Shown piece after piece: positions 37,801 to 52,800 of a DNA stretch of 64,000 nt. How positions within the stretch are numbered: position 1 is the stretch's first letter; every line of letters starts with the position of its first letter. A program made the translations under genes and the position numbers. Below the pieces are notes generated by a model. It saw nothing but the letters and a program-made list of their open reading frames with translations. It searched no databases and was not told the origin of the DNA. The DNA is from Antedon mediterranea (Eukaryota > Animalia > Echinodermata), in the NCBI RefSeq assembly GCF_964355755.1, contig NC_092676.1, positions 9,401,888 through 9,465,887 of the forward strand, read 5' to 3'.

Positions 37801-40800
37801 AGTAGCGAAACAAGCGCGTTTCATTATGAGATATGTTTTGATCGAAAACTTTGACTGGAAGTCAAAGTTATTTTTTAAACAAAAAAACGTCTGTATTTCA
37901 GATAAATGATTTTTTTTTTTCGACAAATTTTTGGTGATAGTTAATAACTATTATGATACTTCAAAATGACCAACCTTTTTTCGAAATATTTTAATTTTTA
38001 TTTTTTTGGAATTAGTCAAAGGGACAATACATCTTTAAGATTAATTATTTCTTCTTTCAAAAGCAAAGTAGACTTTTTCCTACATTAAAAGTAAAATTAG
38101 TTTATGTGAATATTGTGCTATTTATTTTTTTTAATGATTCTAATAGTAGTTGAAAAATGAACGAGGTGTTTTTCCATATTGCGTTATGTCTTGTTGATAA
38201 GCCCATTTCCAAAATTCCTTTATATAAAATCCGTTTTCTCTGAACTAATTATTCCGTCACATCAAGAATAATGTTTAATGTACCATTTTTAAGAATGTAT
38301 CCTGTCAAGTAGTGTCGATAGTATCCAAAAATGTTTAATGTTACATTTTCAGGAAGTATTTATGTCATCTTGAATAACATTATGACACATACAACGAACC
38401 ATAAACTATAAATGTTTCCGCTAATATAGGTGACGTTTTCTCTTTTTTTATTAGATGTATTTTCGAGTGACTTTGTAATTGAGAGAATTGGCGCCAATGG
38501 AAGCACACTACACAAACCTAAGAACACAGACTGTTACTATGTCGGGTCGTCTGCAAACCATAATAATTCCGTTGCCGCCGTCAGTACATGTAATGGTCTG
38601 GTACGTTGATAAAGCGGACGATTCGAAAGTTATATTAGCGATATTTATAATGTCATAGAATAATAACATCATATTAATTTATATAGCTACACAGTAAAGC
38701 CGATGGGTACAAATTCCATCATTGGAATGTCATTTCTGATGATGTTGTATTGACAAATATCGAAATTATCATGTAATTACTTATTATGGTCCTGTTTTAG
38801 GAAGGAATGGTGAATACGGCTAAGAAGAGTTATTTCATCAAGCCACTTAGACCAGAACATCGACGACGAAGAAGCGCTGATACGCAAGACGAAACGACGC
38901 ACGTGGTGTTCACGCGTCACGTCCCAGAACAGACATGCGGTGTGACGAAACAAGACGAAAGGGATATAACCCTAAACACAAGGGGCTTAGATACCATGAT
39001 TGCACGTAAGTAATGATATAACAAAAAACAAAATATGTTAATATATTATCGTATCATGAGACTCGAAAAAAAACAAAATGTCTAAGCCTAAGTTTAAATT
39101 TAAAGGCAAAAATAATTCTATATAATACTCCCTCTGATGACATAGATACCGTAATGAATTGTGAAAGTCAACTGTATAATAATTCCAAGGTTGACACAAC
39201 AAAAAGAAAATTGTCAACAAATGCCTCATAAGAAGGACCTCTATTAAGGGAACACTTAATCATGTGTCGTAGTGTTAAAACACAATACAAGCCTAATTGC
39301 ACCTCAATCGTTTCACAGAAAAGTGTTCCCTAGGGGTATTCCAAAAGAGTTCTACTGTACTCTCAATCACACTATTATTTTATATTTATTTGCATTATAG
39401 CATTATGATACCATAAAATCAAATGTGTGGCTCAACACTATTGTTTTGGAATAATCTGTATTATTTATACTGCACGTCAAAAAAGTTCATTAAGAAATTA
39501 TCGCGTTCTGGAGGTTGGCTCCACTGATCGTCAAATTAAGATTAAAGTAAATATCTTTAGAATACCCTACCCTCAAACAACACTTCATGTGCTAATCATG
39601 TCGAATGTAACGATTATTTATTCACATATCAATGCCATGTGGATCATTAAATACAAACACAATTTTTTTTATGACAGTTATCTTAATCCGGTTTATTATG
39701 CAAAAATTTACTTTGTTTATTGGCATATTTATTGAAGTTTAGACGTCAACGGTGCGTATATCAATACATTTAAACTAGCAAAGTGGAGGCATTACAATTA
39801 AAGCAATAAAAACAAGTGTTGATTTTTACCGCTACGTAAAAAGAATGAGCCGGGTGACGACATTATATGTTAGATAGCACAGATCCGATTCTATAATACA
39901 GTAGGTCTCAATGTGCTAAGACTTACAATAAAACAAATAAAGTATTTGTTTTATTCAAGTTCACATTTATTTGGCAAAATCATAAGCAAAAACATGGATC
40001 TTTACAGAATAATTCACTCATTGAAACAATGATTTTAGAATTTTCAAAAGAAAAAATCGCCTCATTTAGAAACTCATCGACATTATTTCTGTAGTATTTC
40101 TACATTAAACCTGTGCCAATATAAAAACATGAATGTGATAACCTTATAAAATCAACATTGCGAAAAGGAGACAATTGGGTTACATGATAGATTATTACAT
40201 AATCAGCTGATGGTTTAGTACTAAACACGTTAATAAGTTACAAGATGTACAATATTAAAGCTTTCAAACATATGTATAGTTCGTGTTTTAATGAGAAGGT
40301 TATTTGACGTTGTCTAATCAACTACAACATCCATTTGTAACACATGGATACTTCAAATACTATACATACAGTACTTAATATATGGGCATATAATTCATAC
40401 ACCTGGATCGATCGACAGTTAATCAGGTGATAGTAAGTTTACTTTGAAATTAGTATTGGCCGAATTAATAAAGGGTAAATGTGAAAGAGGCTGATTACAC
40501 ACTGGAAGTGTTTGTTGGAAATACCAACATGAGTTCCTATTATATAGGCCGTATATGTTCAAACAATTAGACCATCACTATTAAAATCATCACAAGTGGG
40601 TTGAAATCCAAATAAGATCACACTTTTAAAAATGAATTAATTATCTGGCAATATTCCTAATAACAATGTCCGCCTCAACAATCTCAGTACAATTCCGGTC
40701 ATTTTCCCAAATCCCTCAGTGTAGAGCGACGCACAGTGTAAACGGTGCTGTTCACCAAAAGTCCCCATGATGGACAGTCCTTACATGGAAAGTCCTTATT

Positions 40801-43800
40801 TTGGACAACAACACGCGCCCTCATCACCTATAATTGACAGAAAAAACACCATATAATGGACAAATAAAGTTCCCATAATCGACAGATTCAACCAACCCTA
40901 TTGCTACTACATTTGTTTATTTATCTTTATTTTCATGTTTTCGAGGACAATACATAATTAAGATACTAAATGAGAAAATGAATGCCAAGCATCTTTTATG
41001 TAGTAAAGGTCTGTTTATAAAGTATAAATAAAGTACAAGGGTAAATATGAATTTAAATTGTTAAAGTACATCATGCATTTGTGTTATTATAAAGTGATAA
41101 TGATATTATCTGTTTAAAAATTAATGTATAGCTGCACAACTTACAACCGGAAAAAAGAATTTGGAAGTGTTACTGACAGCTGGATACACGATGTTTAGCC
41201 ATTATGGAGATGATCTGGAAAAATATCTTCAAGTTATTATGAATATTGTAAGTAATTATGATAAAAAATGACGTTATTAATGCAAGATTTTAAGCTTTTT
41301 AAAACAGTTTAAATGACTTTGGGTTATTCACGGTCACGCTTTAGGACGACATAATCTTCTGAAGTATGCCTACAAGAATTCGGGCAACATTATATCATTT
41401 AGAAGCAATTGCAAAAGCTGTTGAAATGTATATAGGTTTATCCTCTCCAGAATTTTGATAACTTTATGACGCAACACAAAGAACTTTACCGATTCTAAAA
41501 AACTTAAAACTTGTTAAGAAAATCATTATTTTGCTAATTGCACCATTATACAACCAATTTAATTCGACTATGAACAAAATTTAAGATAGAATGGGGAAAA
41601 TATATTACGCCTACAAACGAATGTTACCACCTTCAGTAATAATATTACCATAAAAACGCAAAAAAATAGGTTACAGTTATGGTAATAATATTTATTACCA
41701 CGTTTATAACCTAATAAAATTATAATTCGTTTCAAGAAAGGTAATGGTATTATTATACACAATCAAAATGACAATGTTTGCTTACATCTTAAACTACGAT
41801 TCTTTCTTTAGCATCGGTATCAAGATGAATGAATGAATTAACATATATAGATAATTCTTCATACAAAAATACTATCATGATACCACCAAACTTTCAAGTT
41901 AAAATCAAAATTGTGAGGCATTTGATGAATAGGCAAACTACCTTAAATACAAACAATCAGATGGCAATCGCTTGCCATCTGATTGTTTGTTGCCCACTTA
42001 TACCTCGTTTTTTTATCATGCTAATTATTGCCTTATTTAAATACAACCCGCGTTATTGGTATATAAGTACCCTAGGCGTTGATTTCAGTTCTGATGATGA
42101 GAATAGTTTCTCGAAACATGTCACGGTATTTTAAGGCAGTTTGCCTATTCATCAAATGCCTCAAAATTTTGATTTTAAACTAAAAAATACTATAATTTTA
42201 ATGTTGTTCTTAAATTTAGGTGGTATCACTGTTTGAACAAAACAGCATTGGTATTGACATGACATTAACAGTTATCCGATTTGTCGTCATTGAAAATGAA
42301 AGCGTAAGTAAAATATATTTACTAATAATTAATCTCGAGTTTTTTTTTCTGTACGTTTGAGGCAGAAATCATGAATAATTCATGAGATTAATTATGGCAT
42401 AAATTAACACACTATAGGTGGCGATATACAACCATGGACCAGGTTGTGTTAACGGCTTCTGCTGTGTGGCTGAATAGTATAGAATTCAGGTGCACCTCAA
42501 GCCTTTTCTTCGATATGTTTTACTCACTGTGAGATAATATTTAAAGGGATAGTTTCAGTTATATTTAGGAAATAAGTCGGCCATATTGTAATTATTTAAT
42601 ATAAAAAATAATGTCTAGTATTCATGATGTTTTCTCAGACGTCCAGATAAAAATCGCGATCTGAGAGTAAACAACAGTAGTGTTGGTAATGTTTCGCTTG
42701 ATTCTTTACTGTAGGATGGACCGGTTTTGAAAGAGGACGAAAATGGTTTAGAAGCTCACGATTCACTTAAATCCTTCTGTGAATGGCATCTCAACAGATA
42801 CAAATCACTTAACCCGGATGTTGCTGCCATTGTTACAAGGTACCGGTAACTCGTACAAAACAGAGATGCCCTACTTTGATAAAAGGGCTTATTAAATGCA
42901 TTTTTTTCTCAGAAATTTAGATTTCTTTCTTATTTGAATCTTGATGATATTACTGTATCACTTGCATTGACCATTTATCCCATATTTGTCTAGGCCTATA
43001 TATGAAATTTATTATAATAATTGGGGTTTATCTACATCATCTATACAAAAATATACATTTGGAAATAAAATACCACTTTAATGAAAAACGAAGACACGTT
43101 TTGGTCAATTTGCTCAAAAGTAACATTTATAATTACAGATAGCCTAAGCCTTTTTATCAAATAATACATTATTGTGATTTTTTAGTTGGGTCTCTATTTT
43201 TCAAAATTTCTCGAAAAGAGAGATCTTTATATTTATAACGCAATATCGGGAAGTTTTAATGGGGTATTTCTTAATAGATAGGAAAATATTTACGAAAATT
43301 GTAATGTTGATATTAAGAAAACTAGATTACTTTAAGTATTTATTATTGGTACATTCTTGTTAAATTTTAGAACCAACTTGTATCGAGTTACGGATGATGG
43401 TACGATCAACTCCGCAACCACCGGCCTTGCCGGAGTAGGCGTCGCTTGCAAACCTGATAACCGATGCTCCATTAACGAAGATACAGGACTTGGAACCGCC
43501 ACAACAATAGCGCACGAAATGGGACACAAGTAAGTCGTGATATGTTCCCTTTAAAAATAATTGGCAATTTCAAAGGGTTTTTTAAAGCATTATTTATGCA
43601 TAAATGCCTTTTACCTGGAAGAGGTGTTTATCGAATACAATGAACATGGTATCATCAACGCTTTTGTCATAAGTATGTCATTAGTAAAATATCATTATCA
43701 ACGAACTTGTAAATTGTAGAAAACAAACACATCAATGGATGTGAATGATTGGTAAAACTTGTTAAAATATACTTTTTTTCTTGTTAATAGTCTTGGAATG

Positions 43801-46800
43801 AAACACGACGGCGAATTTAATGAGTGTCCATCAAATAAGAATCTAATGGCGTCAATAACAGCACAAGGTCTAGAGGGAATGCAATGGTCAACATGTAGTG
43901 CCGACTATATTAAAAGTTACCTCCAGTAAGTTATATTTAAATTTGACCTAAAAAATTGTATTACAATGTTAAAATAAATGCGTAAAATAAGTATCAGTAA
44001 AACATTAAGTGTGATAGAGGTAGTTCAGGGAGGAGAGAGAGGAGAGATCATAGTTCCAAGTTGTTTGGCAAAAGTTAAGTTTTTTCATTTTGTTATTTAA
44101 ATTTGATCTTAGATTTCTTATTTTGATTATAATATGAACCGACAGTTTATTACCATATTGTAAGTGATATAGCTAAGGTGGAGTGGGGAGGACATGGTTC
44201 CAAGTCGTGGAGTTTCAGCTTAAATGTTTACAATTATCAGCAGAGGCCTAGAAATAACGAATCCCTTATTATATTAAGTGTGTAGTTTAATCTAATTTTA
44301 TGTTTAAACTCAGGGAACGAGACGTCAACTGCTTAGACAACCAGAGTCAAGGAAAAATATTCGATATCTCTTTGAATGATCGTTTACCGGGTCAAGTTTT
44401 TAGTACCGATGAGCAATGCAAATTCACATTTGAAGACAGTGTGGGGGAATGTAGTTTCAAAAAGGTAATAAAAATTGTAACAATTAAGTATACTTTTTAG
44501 AAAAAAACAACATACCAAACACAAAATCATGGACTTTATAACAGTAGTATTAGACTGAGTTAAATAGTGTCTTTTACATTCAGTTTATTAATTATGTATT
44601 AGTATGAGTATTTGTTAATTACATGGTTAATTTATTTTGGAATATTATAATTACATGTGAACATGTTTAAACTTGTTGAATTTTAAAGTTTTATTTTTAT
44701 TATCTGACTAACTAGTTAAAATATATAAATGAATACCGTAGGCCTATGCATTTGTAAATATCATCCTTCTTAGGCTTAACACAGCACATGCGTTATGTCA
44801 ATATAATACTTAGGAATTTGACAGAACTTTACGTTCTTAAACCTTGTCTATCAAACTTCAAGTGACAAAAAAATGTGATGTGCCCATATAATGGACATGA
44901 TGATGTCCTATCACTACCATATTTGAGCATATCACTAACGTATTTGGTCACATCACACTTTTTATGTCAAACTAATGTGATAGTGTACATAGGGCTTTAC
45001 AAACAAACAAAATATATTTTCTATAGGGCGACTGCAATATGCTCTGGTGTATGAGGCCTGGAAATGAATGTTTTACTATGGGAACACCGATGCTAGAAGG
45101 CTCAGAATGTCTTCCGGGAAAGGTAGGCCTAGACTTTCTTTATAACTTTTATTTATTCCATATTACACATCAATACATTGTTTATAATTTAAAAAAAAAT
45201 AGTTTATGTTGTATTTCAACAGCAATGTCAATAATTTATTATGCCGACAACCTGACGGTTATCATAATCTCTACAGAATATTATAATTCGATACATTTCC
45301 TTGTCTTCCACATTTAATATGTCTTTTGAAAGTTATATTAATATGACCTTTTAGTCAATATACTATCTAATCATTATTACTTATAATTGATGTTTACATA
45401 TTGTGGTACTTTGTTATTACTTTTATAATATATGTACACACACCATACCGATATACAGTAACGAATGTGGCTACTAGTGTCTGATAATACAAACATTTCG
45501 GCTTATGAACAATGGAGAAAATGTATTTTGTAATTATTTTTTATGAAACGTTTAATGAATAAATGTGGTGGTTAACCCCAAATTAAAACAAAATTCGACT
45601 TAGGCCTACCGTACTGAGAAGTATTAATAGATTTAGGAATGTAATATTTGGATATAACTTCAAAGAATGATAAGTCAACATACTGTCACTAAGGGTTCTA
45701 GTTGTATATATCATTTCTTCTAATTTGTTTTACCCAATCTAGTGGTGTCGCAAAGGGGTATGTACCGATTTTGGATCGGACGGTCCTGAAGCCGTGGACG
45801 GTGGTTGGTCAGATTATGAAAATGAGTGGACCAAATGCTCCAGATCTTGTGGGGGCGGTGTGCGGAGTAAAACTCGTCGATGTGATACTCCACCGTAAGT
45901 GCACACAATGTTATCATTAGTTTGCAAATGCCAATTACAGTACCACGCATTTATTATCCTGTATTTTGTGATATTATAAATTAAACTTATTTCCATTGTG
46001 GTCCTAGAAAATTGTAACATAAATTAAATATTGTAACTGAACGATTATATGATAGAGAAGTCTGTTATTTAAACAAATGAAAATAAATTGCATGTGGTCA
46101 CACTCACACAAAACAAAACAAAAAACAAACAAAAAACAAGCGCACATGCAGTAGTACGTACACATTATGCACGTACTGTACACACTTCTTGATTGCAATG
46201 GTTCCTATCTGTATAGGAACTTTAAAAACGATCTAAATAACTATGACACAACGAGAAGAGGGGAAAGAGTCACGACAAATAATAATGTAAACACTCTTGG
46301 TTCTTCAACAGTTCTTTAGGTGTACTGAAAACATGTACTACTTTTGTTTTGTAGGCCAGCATTTGGTGGAAAAGTCTGTGATGGAAATGCATTTAAACTG
46401 GACGTTTGCAATTTGCAGGTACATTTTGACAACAATATTAATATTGATCATCTTGGTAAGATCTGTCTACACTATCAAAAAATATTATGTACCCATTATG
46501 GACACGATGATGTAATATTACTATCATATTTGGGCACATAACACTTTTTTGTCAAACTAGTTTGATAGTGTAGACAGAGCTTTAGGTATACTTGAATAAA
46601 AATATGTATCATGAATCACAGAGTCTTGCTTATGACTGAACCGGTCTTGGTGTTAACAAAACTAAAATTTTACTTCTTTGTTTTTCATGTCTAGAATTGT
46701 GAAACCTCACAGCTTGCATTTGTACAAGAGCAATGCGCCAAACAGAGTGATCATCCTTCTGGAGAAGGCTTTGAATGGCAACCGAATTATTTTTATAGTT

Positions 46801-49800
46801 GTAAGTAGGGTATTTGTGAATAAAAAATGTATGACAGGCTATATAAAATAAAACACTTTTTTTTCTCTATTGAGTTTCAATAGGTACTCTTGACCTAGTT
46901 TTAAAGATCTACCGAGCTAATATTCAAATCATAATAATTTTTTTACAGTCGATAGTTTCTGTAAACTTAACTGTGCGCGAATAGAAGGGCAGACAATCTA
47001 CTCACTTGAATTTGGAGAGTTCATCGATGGTTCCCGATGCGATTTTAACGACACTTACAATGCATATAAGATGTGCATTTCAGGTCGTTGTGAAGTAAGT
47101 AAAGTACAATCACTATCATTTCAATAATTTGGACCTTTTGATTTGCGGAAAACTATATTATAATTCAGGACGAACAAACATTCATAAGGCTAGGTGGCCG
47201 CAAATCGGAAACTCTAATGAAAACACAGGAAGTAAAACTCTCCATGTTGTTGGTTAGTATGTGTTTGTTTAATATGATGGTACTATTTTTAGAAATAATG
47301 CGGTGAAAGATGAAAGGTTATATTTTCACAAGGCGAGGCTGAGTGAAAATATGACATTTTCATCTTTCACCGAAGAAAATTATTTATCCCCATTGAACGA
47401 ATATTTCAGTGTAAGTATTACCTTTGATCATTTCGTTTTTATAGAATGTTGGATGTGATGGGAAATTACATTCTACAGCTGAGTTTGATAGATGTGGAAT
47501 CTGCAACGGTGATGGCAGCAAATGCACTCCTACTACTGGAGTTCAGACTGTTGGTGTGTTTGGAGGTAGGAATACATTTTTAAAAATTATTAAGACAATT
47601 ACTTTGATTACAACTCACTTTCAACCAATTATTAGGATTAAACTTAGCATTGACATTTACTTTTTATCTTTCTATAGAATTCGTCAAAGTTGCTTCCGTA
47701 CCAATTGGAGCAACAAGCGTTATTGCTATCGACAGAGGACAGTATACGTTTCTAGGTATGCATAATCTCTAACAATCCTATTAAGAACATTCAACAATGT
47801 GATCAAAGGTTTATGAACTATTACACTATTCAGTCAAATAACTGGCTTTCAGAAAACTCTTGACACAACCTACTTTATCTATGTCTTTTCTTATATGGCG
47901 CGCCTATAATGTCATAATTCATGCCATAATTAATCACATGGATGCTTTAGGGAAAGTCTTTAGGGAAAAAATCGCAGTCAAGTGTATTCAGTTTTTATGA
48001 GTTAAATGATATTGGGAAAGAAGATATCTATATATAAATTTACGTAAGGGCAAAATTCGGTAAATCGCGCCTTACTTCTAGAATTTTCACTCGATGGTAT
48101 ATAAAGTTGGTTCGTACTTTCGGTACTGATTTTAACCACCTGATGTAACCCTGTTTACTAATTAAATTAAGTTAGATAATTAGTTATTGACGATTAAAAC
48201 GAATTTAGGTTCAACGATTTGCCCCAAATAGGGGTGTTTTCCGATCGTGGTATACACTGTCTAATGGATGTCCATCTTGAAAAATACCCGCCACAAAAAT
48301 GCGAGGAGGCTTCGCATTTTCTCCTACGATAATTGTTTTTAATAGCTGAAAACCGGTTGAACAGCTAGAGTACACCATCATAATGTTGAAGACAGGCCGA
48401 TTTTCTTTAAAAAATACTATTTTGATAGATTTAATATATGATTATACAAATGTATTAATTTGCGATGAATGGAACATCCCAATCTCTCAGTCTGCCAGAG
48501 TTTGGTTTAACACAAGTACTGTAGGTAAATTTATGAGCCCTTGGTTTAACACATACGGTAGGTAAATATATGGGCCCTTTGAGAATAAACGTGCAATACT
48601 TTGACAATACTGTAAATAACTATTTTTGGAACTCATTTGAATCGAACATTTCTTACTGTGAATGTTCGTCCTGTTAGATAATAATAAACTGTATTACTGA
48701 CATTGTGGATAGGCTCTACTGTAGATATATAAACACATTATTATATACAAATACACTTTATACTGACAGTTCCTTCTCAACGTTTGTATTAATTAATAAT
48801 TACCAAAAATATAAACGTCGTAGTGGTGTATCGTGACATGTACTTTAATATTTCAATCGATTATGACAGTGACAGTTTTAACAAAGTATTAAATCGCAAA
48901 TGTTTTACTGTATTTAGAGGTATATCATGTATAGGCTTATAAAACACTAGATGGTACGCTCGCTTCGCTCGCGTACCATCTAGGTCGTGCCCACAGATGG
49001 TTCTCGAATACACAATAATTTCAGCGTTAAAAAACTGGCGATTTCTAATGTACAATAATGCAGGACAATAATATATGTCGTTTACAGGAACGATTAAATA
49101 GACACTGTGATTTATGTATTCAACTAAAATTAGCACACTGGGAATTACTTCCGAAAGAGAAAGTTGTCACAAAATGAGACCAATTGTTTAAGTCAAATTT
49201 AAACAAACTTAATTTGTGTTTTGTATGTAACATTATGGTTGAGAGATGGGGAAGAGGATGGGTGCAAAGAGGAACAATTTTTAAATATATTCCTTATTTT
49301 GTAACGAAATATTAATTAACATGTTTTACAAATAATATACCACTAAACACCGTAAAACATTGCGATGTAATACTTTGTTGAAACTATCACCGTCGTAGTC
49401 GATTGAAATAGTACAGTACATGTAACGATACACTACGACGTATGTTTATATATAATGTTAAACAATTTGTGAAAACCACCTCTATTCGGGGCAAATCATA
49501 AATTCGATTTAATCGGTAATAAATATTAAATTACGGCGACTGAAAACGCTAGCTCATTATCCGTTTAAAAAAAATTATATCCAACCTCTGCAGCACAGAT
49601 TGAAAAAAAAAATGGATCGAATTTCTGTTATGAGTATACAGTACTTTCCTTTACGACGCCTGAGGGAATAGACACTTGTGGAACGACACAGAGATTGGAA
49701 TGTTCCATTCATCGCAAATCAATACATTTGTATAAACGTATATTAAATCTATCAAAATAGTATTTTTTTAAGAAAATCGGCCTGTCTTCAACATTATGAT

Positions 49801-52800
49801 ACTGTACTCGAGCTGTTCAACCGGTTTTCAGCTATTAAAAACAATTATCGTAGGAGGAGATAGGAAAATGCGAAGCCTCCTCGCATTTTTGTGGCGGGTA
49901 TTTTTCAAGATGGACATCCATTAGACAGTGTATACCACGATCGGAAAACATCCCTATCTGGGACAAATCGTTGAACCTAAATTCGTTTTAAACTTAATTT
50001 AATTAGTAAACAGGGTTACATCAGGTGGTTAAAATCAGTACCGAAAGTACGAACCAACTTTACATACCATAGAGTAAAAATTCTAAAAGTAAGGCGCGAT
50101 TTACCGAATTTTGCCCTTACGTAAATTTATATATAGATGAACAAAATATTTCGTTACTGAGTGGATAAAGCATATATTTAAAAATTGTTCCTCTTTGTAC
50201 CTATCCGCTTTCCCATCCCTCAGCCCTAATGTTACATACAAAACACAAATTGGGTTTCTTTAAATGAGTCCAAATCAAAAATTTGGACTCATTTTTTGAA
50301 AAGTTTCTCCTTCGGAAGTAATTCCCAGGGTGCTAATTTTAGTTGACTACATAAATCATCGTGTCTATTTATTCGTTTCTGTAAACGACAATGTATTATA
50401 GTCCTGCGGTACGTACATTTGAAATCGCCAGTTCTGTTACGCTGAAATTACTGTAGGCCTATATTCGAGAACCATCTGTGGGCACGACCTAGATGGTACG
50501 CTCGCTTCGCTCGCGTACCATCTAGTTATATATCAATTATTATTGTTAATAGGTGTCAAATTCAATGGTGAGATGGTCATTGGTAAGAATAATGAGCGGA
50601 CTTATTCGGGTTTGACATCAGCCGGCGCAGACGTACTTTACTATTCATACGACGAGCCTGACTACCTTACTATCAAAGGACCAACAACTGGTGTTATTGA
50701 AATTATGGTACGTACCTACAATATTTTTTTTATATTGAAAATCGCAGATCAACACAGATCATATGAAAATGATAAATTAGGTTAAGGCTCAATATACACC
50801 TACACTACTATTATATAGATACTAATATCCTCCTTTATGAAAATATAACTATCGTGAATCTACGTCAGGTTTTCAAACAATACGGCTCAGAATACGGCGA
50901 TGTCGTGCAGCCAAATGCTGGCTTCAGATACTACCAGGTGGCTAGTACGGGAACTCCAGAATGGACTACAGGTTCTTGGTCAACTTGCTCAAAGAGTTGT
51001 GGTTCAGGTCAAGAGACTCGTGACGTCACTTGTACATTAGACGGACAGCCAGTAGCAACAACAATGTGTAAAGACGTCGAACCGGCTGAACAGCGACCAT
51101 GTGACCAAGGACCATGTCCTCTGAATCAATGGACAATTGGAAAATATAGTCAGGTAAATTTTGGATCCACAATTCATCACAGGTAGAGTGTTTAAATTAA
51201 ATGGATGGAAAGAGTGGGGTAAATGTCATAACATGGAGTTTCTATACATAATGATTGGCAACGTGAATTATAGAAAAAATGATAATGGCACTCTACCTAA
51301 AGAATGTTTTGTTTTGTACAATACCTGTTGAATATAGTAATCGGATACTATACGGTACACACTGTGCACAGTACCTCCTCAATATACTTATGGGATAGAG
51401 TACTGTATATATTTCTCTACTAAAAGGCTGCCTAAAACCGTTTTGCAGGCTAACATACTTCTTCCTTTCTGTAGTGTTCTGTGACATGCGGTGATGGCAT
51501 TAAAACCAGAATTGTAACTTGTCAAAGTCCGGTCGATAAAAAAGTACTGGATGATTCGGAATGCAATCCAGATACAAAACCAAACGGCGAACAGCAGACA
51601 TGCTCAAAGGCAGCATGTACAAGTAAGTTGTCTAGAGTACGTTGTTGCCATGAAATAGTAAACAGTTTAGTAGAAGAACACTAGGACAAACCAGATGCAA
51701 GATGGAGACCGATGTTCCTGAGTAATATCCAATTAATGTATTAGCCGTAACTTGGTAGTAATCGTTAAAAAAACTTCTTTATGTTTTAGCTAAAGGCTGC
51801 AATGTGAAACACACGGACAACTCTGGATCGTTCAGCTCACCAAATTTCCCAAATAAATACCTGGCAAACGCCGACTGTGTGACGAAAATCAGGGTGACGA
51901 CTGGTCGTCGTGTTCGAGTCTTATTTAATGTATTCAAATTGCAGAATTCTGGAAACTGTCAGAAGGATTACGTCAGAGTAAGTATCGTACCAATCATAAT
52001 TAACTTTAGCTAGCTAGCTAATTATATAATTATGTTAACACATTATTTTTATAATTTTAATAGCTTACAGATGAAGGATCGGGAACAGAGGCTATCTTCT
52101 GTGGTTCTCGGTCATCATTCCACTGGACGTCGGAGACTAACATGGTAAAAGTAGAGTTCCATAGCGACAAAGGCACAAGTAAGAAGGGATTCCAAGCAGA
52201 CTATGAGAGTTTTGAGGCAGAGGAAACATTGGCAGATGGTGAGTGCCAAGTCCTATCGGGCTTCTTCTGAAATGATATGCTACTACAACATAAGGGGCAT
52301 TATGCTCCAATACAGTGGCAGATAGTAGTATCTTATACCGTAGATAAACGAGAGAGCTTTTGTTTCTGGGCAGCAGACTAAGAACACGGTAATTTAACTG
52401 TGATGAGTGGAACGTGTAAGAATTTCGTCTACCTTCCACAAAGTTAAACTACCATCTTTGTCCTGAAACAGCTCTTTAACAATTAACTGTTGTATAACCG
52501 GTATGCACGATAGCGTACCTAAATGATATATGCTACAATCTAAACGTATAGTATTGCACTGTACCAAGGCTTTTTTTTATACAGTACTAAACACACTGAC
52601 ACCGAAATATACACAATTATGTATCTGTCTCCATACTAGTAGCAGAAAAAGAATTCAAATGAAAATGTATATTAATTCAATAACTGTCATCATTACTAAA
52701 TACAGTGGCAAGCTGCGACATGATGCTAGCTGGATTCAGTGGTTCAATTTCGTCACCAAATTACCCGAAACAATACGACAACAATGATCACTGCAAAGCT

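Noticed and set aside
38735-38770. CTGATGA...GAAA..TC hammerhead-like string
   Set aside because: No convincing stem I, II or III pairing; likely chance in AT-rich DNA.
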